64,000 bases of DNA from Squalus acanthias (taxonomy: Eukaryota). Positions 24,871-37,019 of the stretch are shown one piece after another (the stretch's first letter is position 1; each line of letters opens with the position of its first letter). Position numbers and translations under genes: made by a program. The notes under the pieces are model-generated. The model was not told where the DNA came from and did not search any database. It saw only the letters and a list, made by a program, of their open reading frames with translations. The DNA lies in NCBI GenBank assembly GCA_030390025.1, contig CM059429.1, forward strand, positions 147,188,001-147,252,000. The letters run 5' to 3'.

Positions 24871-25077
24871 CTCTGTGAGAAGGAGTTCCTCTACAAAGCC
24901 TCTCTGCTTTCTCATCTTCTACGGCACAAACGGAACAATGAGCAAATAGATGAGAGTCCTGGAGGAAGGACAAAGCGACAGTTCATCTGTGATATCTGTG
25001 GAAAAACATTGCCCAAACCCTATAATCTGCGACTTCATATGCTTAAACACACAGGTGTCAAGCCACATGTGTGCAAG
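24871..25077 (+). CDS. ZBTB11: ZBTB11 exon 6 (zinc fingers 2-3)
   Basis: LCEKEFLYKASLLSHLLRH...FICDICGKTLPKPYNLRLHMLKHTGVKPHVCK. AG/GTGAG boundaries. Not in the ORF track. Confidence 0.95.
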
Positions 25078-26915
25078 GTGAGAATTCATTGTGATAGGTT
25101 TCTGCTAGCACTTTAAAGAGAACTTTTCAGTGCCGTGGGACATTTTTCTATGTTAAAGGTACTACATAAATGCATGTTGTAGTTGTTGGAATAGTAGTAG
25201 TGACGGAAAAATTGAGTGAGGCATGAAACTAGGACAAGCGGTATTTTTTTGCATTACAGACTCTTGGCATGTTCAGTGTTGGTTCAGCAACAATGTCTTT
25301 GACAGTCTCAATTTTGGGTTGACATTTGAACTTGACAACCTTACAGCTAATGAGTTTTGTTAGTAATCAGCATGGCTATTGACTGAGGTCCCCTATGTAA
25401 TGACATTGGATCATCTTACCTCTGGCTTTTTCTAATTGAGTATCCTTCTCCTCAGTAAGCGATGTTTGATGTTATTCCCTCTACCACTGAATAAATAATG
25501 AGTAAAAATTTAAATCATAAACTCTGATTACTGTTAAAGATGATGGTGCAAAATTACAGGAATGTGCTGTGTTCTTCAAAACACTGATGGAAAACTCATT
25601 CCCTTGGGATGAAGGATTGACTCTATTGCACACAGGAAATTCTTCGTAAAATTAATGTTTTACTATGTAATATCGAAATCTATTTTTAAAAAGTGTGAAT
25701 ATAGGAAACAGTCATTTATATAAGGAATTTATGAATGCTTAGCTGCATGATTTAGCTGTAATTTTTTTTATCCCATGAGTGCTAATCAATGCCACAACAG
25801 AAATGAAATGTATCTCACAACTTATTGTGTATTCTGTTTGTACCACATATTGGGTTAAATGTAAATATTCATTTCGAACACAATTACACTGATGTGCAGA
25901 TTGCGGATTAGTTCCAGTAACATCATTGAAATCTTTTTCACCACGTTTTCTGTTCTCAACTGTGCTATTGCCTCCATGAGATGTGAGAAATATTTAATGG
26001 AGGTGAAGTCATCACATGGTATAAATATATTTGTGACTGTATATAAATATTTTAATGTATTTTATCCTTCAGAAAAGAAAACTGGAAAATTTAACTAACT
26101 AATTGTCCTTTTCTCAAATTGGACTTTGATGAAATAGTTCCTTATGGTATAGGCATTTGACTTAGTTGTTAATGTCTGCAACACTTTGCAAAACAGGATC
26201 TTTTTTCAACATTGAACAAAATGCTATAAATAAATAAATATATATTATATATTCACACATTTGTTTTAAAATACCAAAGAATGGACTACTTGTTTAATGC
26301 AACATAAATAATTGATAAATTATTAGGGAAAGAAGCTGTAGTATTCATATATATTGCCTAGTAAAAAGTTTAATACTCCTTGTGTCTGATTGCATTGCTC
26401 AAGGAAGAGCTGCCTGATGCCATTATCACCACCTCCAAAAAAAAAAGTGAAAATGGAAAACAGTAATCTAAACACTGAAAATGGTGCAAAATTGCTCAAT
26501 TTCGCCAAATTAATAGCCAACCCAGTGTTCCAGAGTTTTGAACTTCCATCTTTGAGTTAAACAAATCAGTAAGGTTCCCAGTTTGAGTTCTGGTCTCAGC
26601 TGCGGAACTGGTAGGGGTGCTACAGTTGGCCACAGCACCACTGTGTTAAGGAAGATAAAATTGCCAGGGTTCCCTTTTATTGCTGTACAGTGACCAGTAC
26701 TACAAGTGTGGACGCTGGTTGAGGACAGGATCAAGTTTGACTCGCGCATAAATAATGGCTGGTCAGAGGAGGTGCCAGAGGGTAAGCGATGCCTGTGTAA
26801 CTGTAACCCAGTGAGGGAGTTGGCGCTTTCAGGACAGGAGTGGACAACTTTAGATGGTTGTACTGTAAAACAAAGAGTGTTTCAATATTTTAACTTTACT
26901 TTCTCCATTCTTTAG

Positions 26916-27060
26916 TTATGTGGAAAGACCTTTGGCTATAAACATAGTCTAAGACTACACATGGCTCACCATGAAGGTAAAAGGGAATTCAGCTGTGAAG
27001 TGTGCGAAAAATCATTTGCTACAAAACGCAGTCTTCAGGAACACAATAGTGTTCACACAG
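26916..27060 (+). CDS. ZBTB11: ZBTB11 exon 7 (zinc fingers 4-5)
   Basis: LCGKTFGYKHSLRLHMAHHEGKREFSCEVCEKSFATKRSLQEHNSVHT; AG/GTAAG boundaries. Confidence 0.95.
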
Positions 27061-27639
27061 GTAAGGAAATAAAGGTGTGTCAGAAAACATAGTTGTTAGT
27101 TGACGGGAAATGTATGACTTCCTTGTTACTGTCCCAGTGTAATTTCTCCAGTAACACCCAGGTGTCAACAGTTGTGAGCTATCTCTCCTTGCTTCAGTTG
27201 TTTCTGGTTACATTCCGTTATAGCACTTCAGAAATTAAAAATGTTACAATGATTGTGTCTTCTGCAGTAAGGAGACTTACTGCTGGATGACTTTAAAGGT
27301 TGCTTTGTGCTGAAATCATGGAGATATTCTCAGTTGAAGATGAATATTTTTTCACCCCTTCTTTAATACTGGCAGTATGGAGTTCATGATCTGCTAATGT
27401 ACTGTGAGTTAAAGGGGAAGGACAGTCTGGTGCATTTTTTGTTCTAAGTAATCCCTTTTTGTAGAAGAAAATATTAGCATCAGAAGTTTGATTGACATTT
27501 GAAAAAAGCAATTTTCTTACCAAGGTAAGGATGAGTCTGGCTCCTTGGTTGACCACTGAAATGTTGTCAATGACAGGGTACATCCCTGTGCATCTTGATG
27601 TGACTTCATAGTAAACAGTGCATATCTCCATAAACCCCA

Positions 27640-27950
27640 GCTCATCCATGCTGCCTGTATCCTACCCTGCGCCAAATCCCACTAATCCATCACTCCATCC
27701 TCACTGACTTACATTGGTTTCCAGTCCCCTAACGCTTCACATTTAAAATTCTTATTGTTGTGTTTAAACCCATCTGTGACCTTATCTCTCCCAATCTTTG
27801 TAGACTCCTTCAGCCCTACACACACCCCAAACTCTCTGTTCCTCTCACGCTAGTATGTGAGCAACACCCTCCCTTCACCACATCACTGTCAGTTGTGCCT
27901 TCAGCTGCCGAGATCCTACCATCCCTCAAACCTCTCTGCTTCTCCACCTT
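27640..27950 (+). mobile_element. L2-type LINE 3' fragment
   Basis: Similar to 52380-52700 (tacattggtttccagt...tttaaaattcttatt). Confidence 0.6.
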
Positions 27951-28299
27951 CTCCTTTTGGTGGCAATAGGAGCAATGTTCATACACTCTTGAGTGGCACC
28001 AGGAAGCCATGTAACAAGTTTTCTTGGGTCATCACAGAGCAGCAGGTAGTTGTACCCTTGCTGCTTAGTATGGAGCCATTCTGGCTCACTCACCATCAGT
28101 GACATCACCGGAACAGCCTAATAGGGAGGGAGGTACACCTTTCCATTACACTAAAAGAGTCAGTCAACATCTTAATGAAGGTAATATCTTGTTCTGTAAG
28201 TGGGAGGAGCCCATGGATTTCTCTCTCTTTTTAAACCAAGATCAGGACATTCCTTTCATTTACCTCCACTGTTTCCTCTTGACCTTAAGTCAAACTGAT

Positions 28300-30745
28300 T
28301 TGATGAAAATGATGATATAAAAAGACTACTTGATGAGAAACACCATCTGCATTCATCATGGATAAAGGGTAAGTCATCAACCAAGCAGAAGCAAGCTTAT
28401 GATAACAGTTGTAAAACAACTCCAGACCAAACTAAGAATTATGTGTGACACCTGGTGGAGCAAAAGGACAGATGAATTGCAGTCCCATGCTGACTAGAAT
28501 GACATGCGGAACTTCTGTAATACGCTTAGGACAGGTATATGGCCCACAATCTAGTGGCTCCACTCCCGTTATGAACACTGATGAAACCTCTCTTCTCACA
28601 GACAAAAATCAGATTCTGAAAAGATGTGCTGACCATTTCTAAAACGCTCTAAATTAAGAAATGAGCTATCAATTATGACATCGGAACATAGGAATTGCTT
28701 GGTAAAAAAAGACCAAGATCCATCTAGTTCGCCTTCAACCATCCTGGTAGCCGCATGATACAACAATAATGGAGTTATTGACCAATCATGGCAATCAATC
28801 TCTATCATTTAGTCTACAACAGACCAAGACATGAGATGAGGAAACCACCAGTGGTGGAAAGATTTGGAAACCATAGTTCCCAAGCATGCTACACTTACCA
28901 TGTGGCCATCGATCAGCTGCCTCAGTGTGCCATCAATGATATCCTTGCAAAAGAACCTACTATCTCAGACGGAACAGGCCATCCAATTGCACTCAAATGG
29001 TTCTGGTGCTGTGCCAGCTGAGATGTACAAAGCTGGTGATGACTACTTAATCAAACTCCTCAGTAAACTGTTTCAATCTATGTGGCACTCGGGAAAGATC
29101 CTCCAGGGGTTCAAAGATTCTTTGATTGTCCACCTCTACAAGGGAAAAGGAAAATTATCTGGTAATCACCAGGGAATCTCTTTACTCGTCGTTGCTGGAA
29201 AGATCCTTGCAAGAGTAATGCTCAATCGCTTTATTCAACACATTGCTGAAAAAATCCTATTTTTCATAGATTCTATCCTGACAGTCAATGTGAGTTCAGA
29301 AAGGAAAGAGGCACAACTGATATGTTCTTCGCAGCCAGACAGCTCCAAGAAAAATATTTAGAGAAAAATGTAGACCGCTACTGTGCCTTAGTGTCGAATG
29401 CCTTTGCCTCGTCAACGTAGAATCTTGAATAGTACAGCACAGAAGGAGGCCATTCAGTCCATCGAGTCTGCACCAGCTCTTTTGAAGAGCAATCCGGTTA
29501 GTCCCACTCCCTCGCTGTTTCCCCATATCCCTGCAGTTTTTTTTTCCTTCAAGTATTCAGTCAGTAGAGATCTGTGGAAAATCCGCTGCAGCTTGTGTGT
29601 CCAGACAAATTCATTGAAATGGTCCAACAGTTCCATGACGGCATAATGGTAGAGTGATGGAAGATGGGGACAATTTCATCTCCTTCCGAGTTACAAATGG
29701 TGTTAAGCAGCGAAATGTCCTTGCACCAACACTCTTCAGCTTTTTATTTGCTGCTATGCTTCTTGTGCTTGAAGAATTTGTTCGTAAACTCCTATTTGCT
29801 GATGACTGCTATCATGGCCTAATCCCAGGATGATACGTAAACAATCTTGAACCACTTTGCAACAGTTAGCCTGCAATTTGACAGGACTGTCAGCTTTAAA
29901 AAGACAGTGCTACTCTTCCAACCAGCCCCAGGCAATGATTAAATTGCATAGTGATCACATGCTTTAGGCTATGGTCAGATTCACCTATCTGGCTAGCCAC
30001 TGTCTAGAGAATTCCATATCGATACAGAAGCATCCTGCAGAATCACCAAAGCCAGCTTAGCTTTTGGCAAACTCCATGAGCGACTCTGGGACAAGAGAGG
30101 CATCAGTCTGCAGGCCAAGCTCAAAGCATACAGGGCTGTCGTTCCGACAACCCTGCTTTACGCCTGTGAAACTTGGACAACTTATGTACACCACATTAAG
30201 ACACTGAATCACTTTCACCTAAGCTGTCTGAGACAACTAATGAAGATCAGATGGCAAAACAAGATCTCCGACACCCATGTTATTTAAAAAAGGTGACATG
30301 CCAAACCTAGAAGCTCTGATCAGGTCAGGACGCTGGTCACGTCACGTGGTGCGAATGTCCGTTGAACGAATCCTGAAGAAGAGCGGCCACATTGTGAAAT
30401 AACTTTCCAGTTATCAGTGAGATCGAACAGAAAAAGAGATATAAAGACTGCTTAAAAGTGAAATAGACATCCATAAGTGGGAACAACTTGCTCAGGATAA
30501 GAAAGCCTAGCAAGAAACCATCCTACTACTAGAACGACCGTCACATTGCCGATGGTAAATGTAAACGCCAGCTGAGGGCGTCTCACCTGAAAAATCAAGA
30601 TCCCCAACCTAGTGTGCCTGGGATCCACTGTTAACTCTGGGCATTCATTCCGAGCAAAAGTCGGTCTCATCAGTCATTAAAGAATTCACTGCAGAAAATG
30701 AGATGATATTTTGGCTGTCTTATTCAATTTCGAAGGATGGACGAA
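28300..30745 (+). mobile_element. Decayed RTE-clade LINE with small CR1-tail insertions
   Basis: Peptide AEMYKAG..LSKLFQSMW..FKDSLIVHLYKGKG..GISLLVVAGKILARVMLNR, then LLFADDC and LLYACETWT coding segments. Insertions at 28683-28905 and about 29420-29560. Confidence 0.85.
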
Positions 30746-30749
30746 CAAA

Positions 30750-33700
30750 GTCAAACCACCCAGTCTCTCGCCCGCTCTAGCCCTGAGCCTCCCTTTTTCT
30801 CCCCCATGTCACCCCACCCCTGCCATTTCAAGCTCAGTTCATCCATGCGTTCCTCCTCCCTAAAACTAATCCCCATTAAAGTCAAGACCACCCAAATTCC
30901 CAGCCCCCATGGTCACATTTAAATGGTTCCATCGCCTTGGATGCTGTCCCCATTGCTTTCAAAACCGTCATCAACCTCCCTCTTTGTTTTTTAACAAAAA
31001 CACTTTCAACCCCTCTGTCCATGCTAACTCACCCCAAACCTTCAAACACCCTCTCCTCGGTCGTTGACCCCTGTTGTTGCCTCATAGCTTTGTGTCCTTT
31101 TCTCCTACAGCTCCCTGTTTGAATCCCTTCAATTTAGTTTCATCCCTCCCATAGCACTGAAATGGCTTGAACCAAAGTGACAAACAACATTCTGTGTGAC
31201 CTCTCATGCCCTCTCTGAGCTCATCTTGTCCATGAGACCCACCTCCTGCTCCCTCGAATCTAATCCCACCCAGCATCCCTTTCTGGCCCCCATGTTAGCT
31301 GACATTGTTAATGGTTCTCCCTCCTCAGATACAAAAGACATCCTATGTGACTGTGACTGTGGGAAACTATCCCTCCTTGTCCTTCTCGAACTGCCAGCAG
31401 CCTTTGGCACGGTTCAGCTGGGTGGGACTGCACTCGCCTGGTTCCATTCTTATCTATCCAGTCGTTGCTGGCGAATCACCTGCAATGGCTTCTCTTCCCG
31501 CTCCTGCACCATTACTTCTGGTGTCCCTCAAGGATCTATCTTTGACCCCTCCTTTTTCTTATCTACATGCTGCCCCTCGGCGACATCATCCGAAAACACG
31601 TCCGGTTCCATAAGTACGCTGATGACGCCCAGCTCTACCTCACCACTATCTCTCCCGACCCCTACACTGTCTCTAGCTTGTCCGACATCCAGTACTGGAT
31701 GAGCAGAAATTTCCTCTAAATATTCAGAAGACTGAAGCCATTGTCTTTGGTCCCCACCACAAACTCTGTTCCCTTGCCACCAACTCCATCCCTCTCCCTG
31801 ACAACTGTCTGAGGCTGAACTAGAATGTTCTGCAACCCTCTGAGATAGCTGCACTTCTCCAATTCTGACCTGTTGCGCATCCCTGATTTTAATCGCTCCA
31901 CCATTGGCGGCCATGCCTTCAGCTGCCAAGGCCCTAAGCTCTGGAATTCCCTCCCAAAACCTCTCTGTGCCTCTACCTCCTTTTATAATTTATAATGGGG
32001 ATACAAAGAAATGGCTGACCAATTAAATACATACTTTGGTTCTGTCTTCACAAAGGAGGACACAAATAACCTCCCAGAGATGTCGGGGAACATAGGGTCT
32101 AATGAGAGGGAGGAACTGAATTAAATCAGTATTTGTAGGGAAATGGTGTTAGGGAAATTAACGGGATTGAAGGCCGATAAATCCCCAGGGCCTGATAATC
32201 TACATCCTAGGGTACTTAAGGAAGTGGCCCTAGAAATAGTAGATGCATTGCTGGTTATCTTCCAAAATTCTATAGACTCTGGCACAGTTTCCATGGATTG
32301 GAGGGTAGCTAATGTAACCCCACTATTTATTTAAAAAAGGTGGTAGAAAGAAAACGGGGAATTATAGACCAGTAAGCCTGACATCGGTAGTGGGGAAAAT
32401 GCTAGAGTCCATTATAAAAGATGTAATAGCAGAGCACTTGGAAAACAGTGACAAGATCGGACAAAGTCAACATGGATTTACAAAAGGTAAATCATGCTTA
32501 ACTAATCTACTGGAATTTTTTGAGGATGTAACTGGTAGAATAGATAAGGGAGAACCAGTGGATGTGGTGTATTTGGACTTTCAGAAGGCTTTCGATAAGG
32601 TCCCGCATAAGAGATTAGCGTGCAAAGTTAAAGCACATGGGATTGGGGGTAAGGTACTGACTTGGATAGAGAACTGGTTGGCAGACAGGAAGCAAAGAGT
32701 TGGAATAAACTGGTCTTTTTCTGAGTGGCAGGCAGTGACTAGTGGGTTACCGCAGGGATCGGTGCTAGGACCCCAGCTATTCACAATATATATTAATGAT
32801 CTAGACGAGGGAACTAGATGTAATATCTCCAAGTTTGCAGATGACACAAAGCTGGGTGGGCGTGTGTGCTGTGAGGAGGATGCAGAGAAACTCCAGTATG
32901 ATTTGGACAGGTTGGGTGATTAGGCAGATGAATGGCAGATGCAGTATAATGTGTATAAATGCAAGGTTATCCACTTTGGTGGCAAAAACAGGAAGGCAGA
33001 TTATTATCTGAACGGCAATAGATTGGGAGAAGGGGAAGTGCAACGAGACCTGGGTGTCCTTGTGCACCAGTCGCTGAAGGTAAGCATGCAGGTGCAGTAG
33101 GCGGTTAAGAAGGCAAATGGTATGTTGGCCTTCATAGCGAGAGGATTCGAGTACAGGAGCAAGGATGTCTTGCTGCAGTTGTACAGGGCCTTGGTGAGAC
33201 CACACCTTGAGTATTGTGTGCAGTTTTGGTCGCCTTATCTGAGGAAGGATGTTCTTGCCATGGAGGGAGTGCAGCGAAGATTCACCAGACTGATACCTGG
33301 GATGGCAGGAATGACGTATGAAGAGAGATTGGGTTGATTAGGCTTATATTCGCTAGAGTTTAGAAGAATGAGAGGGGATCTCATTGAATCTTATAAAATT
33401 CTAACAGGACTAGACAGACTAGATGCAGGAAGGATGTTCCCGATGGTGGGGGAGTCCAGAACCAGGGGTCACAGTCTAAGGATAAGGGGTAAGCCATTTA
33501 GGACTGAGATGAGGAATTTCTTCACCCAGAGAGTAGAATTCTCTACCACAGAAGGCAGTTGAGGCCAATTCATTAAATATATTCAAGAAGGAGTTAGATA
33601 TATTTCTTAAGGCTAAATGGATCAAGGGATATGGGGAGAAAGCAGGGACAGGGTACTGAATTTGGATGATCAGCCATGATCTCATTAAATGGCGGAGCAG

Positions 33701-33925
33701 GCTCGAGGGGCCGAATGGCCAACTCCTGCTCCTATCTTCTATGTTTTCTATGTTCCTCCTTTAAGACACTCCTTAAAACCTAGCTCTTTGACCAAGCTTT
33801 TGGTCATCTGCCCCAATATCTCCTTATATGGCTTGATGTCAAATTTTGTTTGATAACGCTCCTGTGAAGCCCCTTAGGACATTTTACTACGTTAAAGGAG
33901 CTATATAAATGCATGTTGTTGTTGT
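30750..33925 (+). mobile_element. L2-type LINE fragment (host of the CR1 insertion at 31984-33754)
   Basis: [23 protein letters not shown] peptide and YADD-coding region. The L2 tail resumes at 33755 and ends in ctatataaatgcatgttgttgttg. Confidence 0.8.
31984..33754 (+). mobile_element. Relatively young 5'-truncated CR1 (HER1-like) LINE with an 8-bp TSD
   Basis: Long RT ORF pieces (32390-32923 etc.) with few disruptions. TSD CCTCCTTT at 31976-31983 and 33755-33762; (ttctatgt)n tail. Confidence 0.92.
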
Positions 33926-33939
33926 CGACCAGTAGTGCA

Positions 33940-34570
33940 TTATCCTTCTCGATCTCTACCCAGCTTTCACCATGGTTGACCACACCATCCTCCATCAACA
34001 CCTCTCCTCCATCATCCATCTCTGTGGAAGGATCTCTAGTGATGGCTTCCCTTCCCACCCTTGCATAGTTACCTTCTGAGGCCATCAAAGATTCACCCTT
34101 GGCCCCTCTTCCTCGCCAACATCTTGCTGAGACATGGAGTCAGCTTCCACATTTAGCCAATGACGCCCAGTTCTACTTCTCAAGCCCCCACTGCTTCTGT
34201 GCTGTCAGCCTACTTGTCTGGCATCTGAGTCTTCCTTGGTCAAAAAAGTGGATTTTAAGGAGGTCTTGCAGGAGGAGAGAGAGGTGGACAGGTTTTGGGA
34301 TTGGGAAGACCAAAGCCAACGCCTTTGCCCGCTGCCACAAACTCCACTCTCTCGCCATTGACTCAATTCCTTTCCCTGGCAACTGTCTCCGATTGAACAA
34401 GACTCTTTGCAACCCCTACTTCTGTCCATCTAACATTGTTCGCTTCCACCCTACCTCGGTCCGTGTTCCACTAAGCTCTCCTTCCGTGGCTTGGCATCTT
34501 TATTTTCCTCATGACCTTGTGAAGTATTTAGGACTTTTTTTTTCTGGTTAAGGCACTACATAAATGCAAA
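33940..34570 (+). mobile_element. Rearranged L2 fragments with an internally inverted piece (about 34232-34300)
   Basis: Plus-strand L2 segments flank a reverse-orientation L2 3' segment (ttggtcaaaaaagtggattttaaggagg). Confidence 0.55.
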
Positions 34571-34791
34571 ATGTAGTAGAATAAAAATATGGAATACTTC
34601 GAATAAAAAGTACTTACCCTTGCCTTTTCTTTCCCTTTAATGCTTTCTTAGAAATCTGGAAAATGTACCATAGACATCTGGTCTAAATATATTTTGTATT
34701 TTTATGTCCATCTGTTAACTACAGTATTTGTATATTTGTGTTTAAAAGGCATTTATTAAATTTTGCTTGGTATGTTGCTTAATTATTTCAG

Positions 34792-34909
34792 GTGAATCCA
34801 AGTACCTCTGTTCAACTTGTGGAAAATGTTTCAAACGTGCCTCTGGTCTTAGCAAGCACTTAAAGAGACATTTGCCAAAGCCTGAAGTCAGAAGCTTTCA
34901 ATGCACCCA
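34792..34909 (+). CDS. ZBTB11: ZBTB11 exon 8 (zinc finger 6)
   Basis: GESKYLCSTCGKCFKRASGLSKHLKRHLPKPEVRSFQCT; AG/GTAAGT boundaries. Confidence 0.95.
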
Positions 34910-35290
34910 GTAAGTCGGCGCAATTAATTGATTTAATATCTCGCCCTTTTATAGTTTGCAGAGCAATAGGAACCACATTAGAAAAAGGATGAAGAGGTTC
35001 CACAATGACTGGGACAAGATGTCTGAGGACTGGAATGTAGAATAAACTCTTTAATATTCTTGGCATAGATACCTACTGTGTGATATTTACAATTTTTAAA
35101 AGTAACTTTTAAGACAATCTATGCATGATAAAGAGAAATCCATGTTGGTCTTGCATGGCACATAGAATTTTTTACTTATGATTGGCCACCATCACAACCC
35201 ACTTGCAACTTCCATTACTTTACAAGGTTATGTAAAGAGATCTACATAACCTTGTAACTTCTATAGGACCTATTTCGTCTTCACTGCCAG

Positions 35291-35424
35291 GGCGATAATT
35301 TGGCAGAGCAATTGCCCACCTGCCCTTTACAGAATCTGCCCATTTTCATTCAGTTGATTTCAGTAGAATGAAAATTGGACGGGTTCTATAAAGGGCGGGC
35401 GATCTGCTCCACCAAATTACCGCC
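35291..35424. mobile_element. 134-bp palindromic MITE, PIF/Harbinger-like
   Basis: The whole element folds back on itself (GGCGATAATTTGGCAGAGCA... / ...TGCTCCACCAAATTACCGCC). Flanked by a 3-bp CAG duplication at 35288-35290 and 35425-35427. Confidence 0.75.
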
Positions 35425-35921
35425 CAGGCGGTACAGACAAAAAAGGACCCCTACATGTCTGTAGAGGTGAACATGTCCTGCAAAGTGAAAGGTCAGATTT
35501 AATTGTTGCACAGTGGAAAATTGGACAGAGATAAGTGTAGATGTGGCTTTGTACTAATCCAGTTTTAGATTGAGATATTTGGAACTTAAAATTTTGGATC
35601 CAAGAGCATATACACTGGATGCTTATTGTCAATGATTTCTATTGTTTTTGCTTCTGTCGCCACTTACTCCCATCCAGGCTCTGCCGTACAATTTCTTTTG
35701 TAGATTCTGGGTTCATTTGTACTTTTTCTGTTTAACTTTGCAGTCCAGTCATATAGTCAGATTGTGGTTCTGCCAATCTGGTTGAATATCTTGAATTTGA
35801 AATATTTCCTAAAATGACTAGAATTAAGTCACTATACTATAAGGCTAAACTACTGACAGTATTAATAGGTATAAAATTTAAATGGAAATGGTTTTTGAGA
35901 AGACGTCTTCATTTTTTGTAG

Positions 35922-36080
35922 ATGTGAGCGAAGTTTTTATGAAGCACGGGACCTGCAGCAGCACATGTACAAGCATCTCGGGGTGAAGCCATTTCAATGC
36001 CAAATCTGTGGGAAGTGCTACAGCTGGAAGAAAGACTGGTATTCTCATGTAAAAGCACATTCTGTTACAGAGCCATATAA
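35922..36080 (+). CDS. ZBTB11: ZBTB11 exon 9 (zinc fingers 7-8)
   Basis: CERSFYEARDLQQHMYKHLGVKPFQCQICGKCYSWKKDWYSHVKAHSVTEPY; AG/GTGAGT boundaries. Confidence 0.95.
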
Positions 36081-37019
36081 GTGAGTACAGTCGATTCTTG
36101 CCCAGGGAGAATAACTGTCACAAATAAGTTCAGCAGTTCCATCTCAGGGACTCCCATTTAAAATGCTGATGTATTACAGTGATGTATAAAATGCATGTTA
36201 GTTTTGAATGTCAAAAGAATACTTTAAAGGTTCACAAAATCATCTGAGAAAACGAGCATGTTTGGATTGCTGGCTGGGAGAGCAGCATATTCTCTTTCCA
36301 GTTTTCTGCCCTCCTCTTCTGAACTCTGATTCCTGCTTGGGGTACGGTATTGCCCGGGATGCTGAGGCCAATTTTTGCACTGTCACTACTGCTATAGCTG
36401 AGCCCACTTAAGCTGGATCCTTTCTGACCTTGTACGGTTCAGTACCGCATCACGGTTGCATTTTCTCACTGTCATTTGGAGGGAGTTGAACAGTATATTA
36501 ATTAGAATTTACTTTAATTAAGCACAATTCTTAAAGTTGAATTCGGGGAGTAGGAATGTCATCCTACGTTATCTTAGCGCTTCAGTCTTCAAAAATCCAG
36601 GTGAGTTGGTATCAATCCAATCTGTTATTTGAATTCACTTTTAATTTGAATGCTAGTCTTTTTGCTAAACATAAAATACAGCTGTGTTTCTCGCAATCCT
36701 GCAGTAGTTATGTGCATGTTCTACTGCTGATTCTGTCAAAGTCCTTTTGAGATCATTGTGACGAGCAACTTTTTCTTGGCAAATCTGAATTGATCTTCAA
36801 AGGAGCATTGTTGAATGAAGTTTAGTTTCAGTTGTCCAGTAGCATGACCATTTAACATCCTTACAGGCATTGATTGAACTGTAGGATTGATTTTACTTTT
36901 AATTTGGACAACCGTTCAGATGAGTTTTCAACATGTTATCAAGGTGAGAAAGCAATGTAAAAGAGAGGCAACGTATTTTGCTTCCCCCTTCCTTTTGTAT
37001 ATAGCAATGGCATTGTGCG

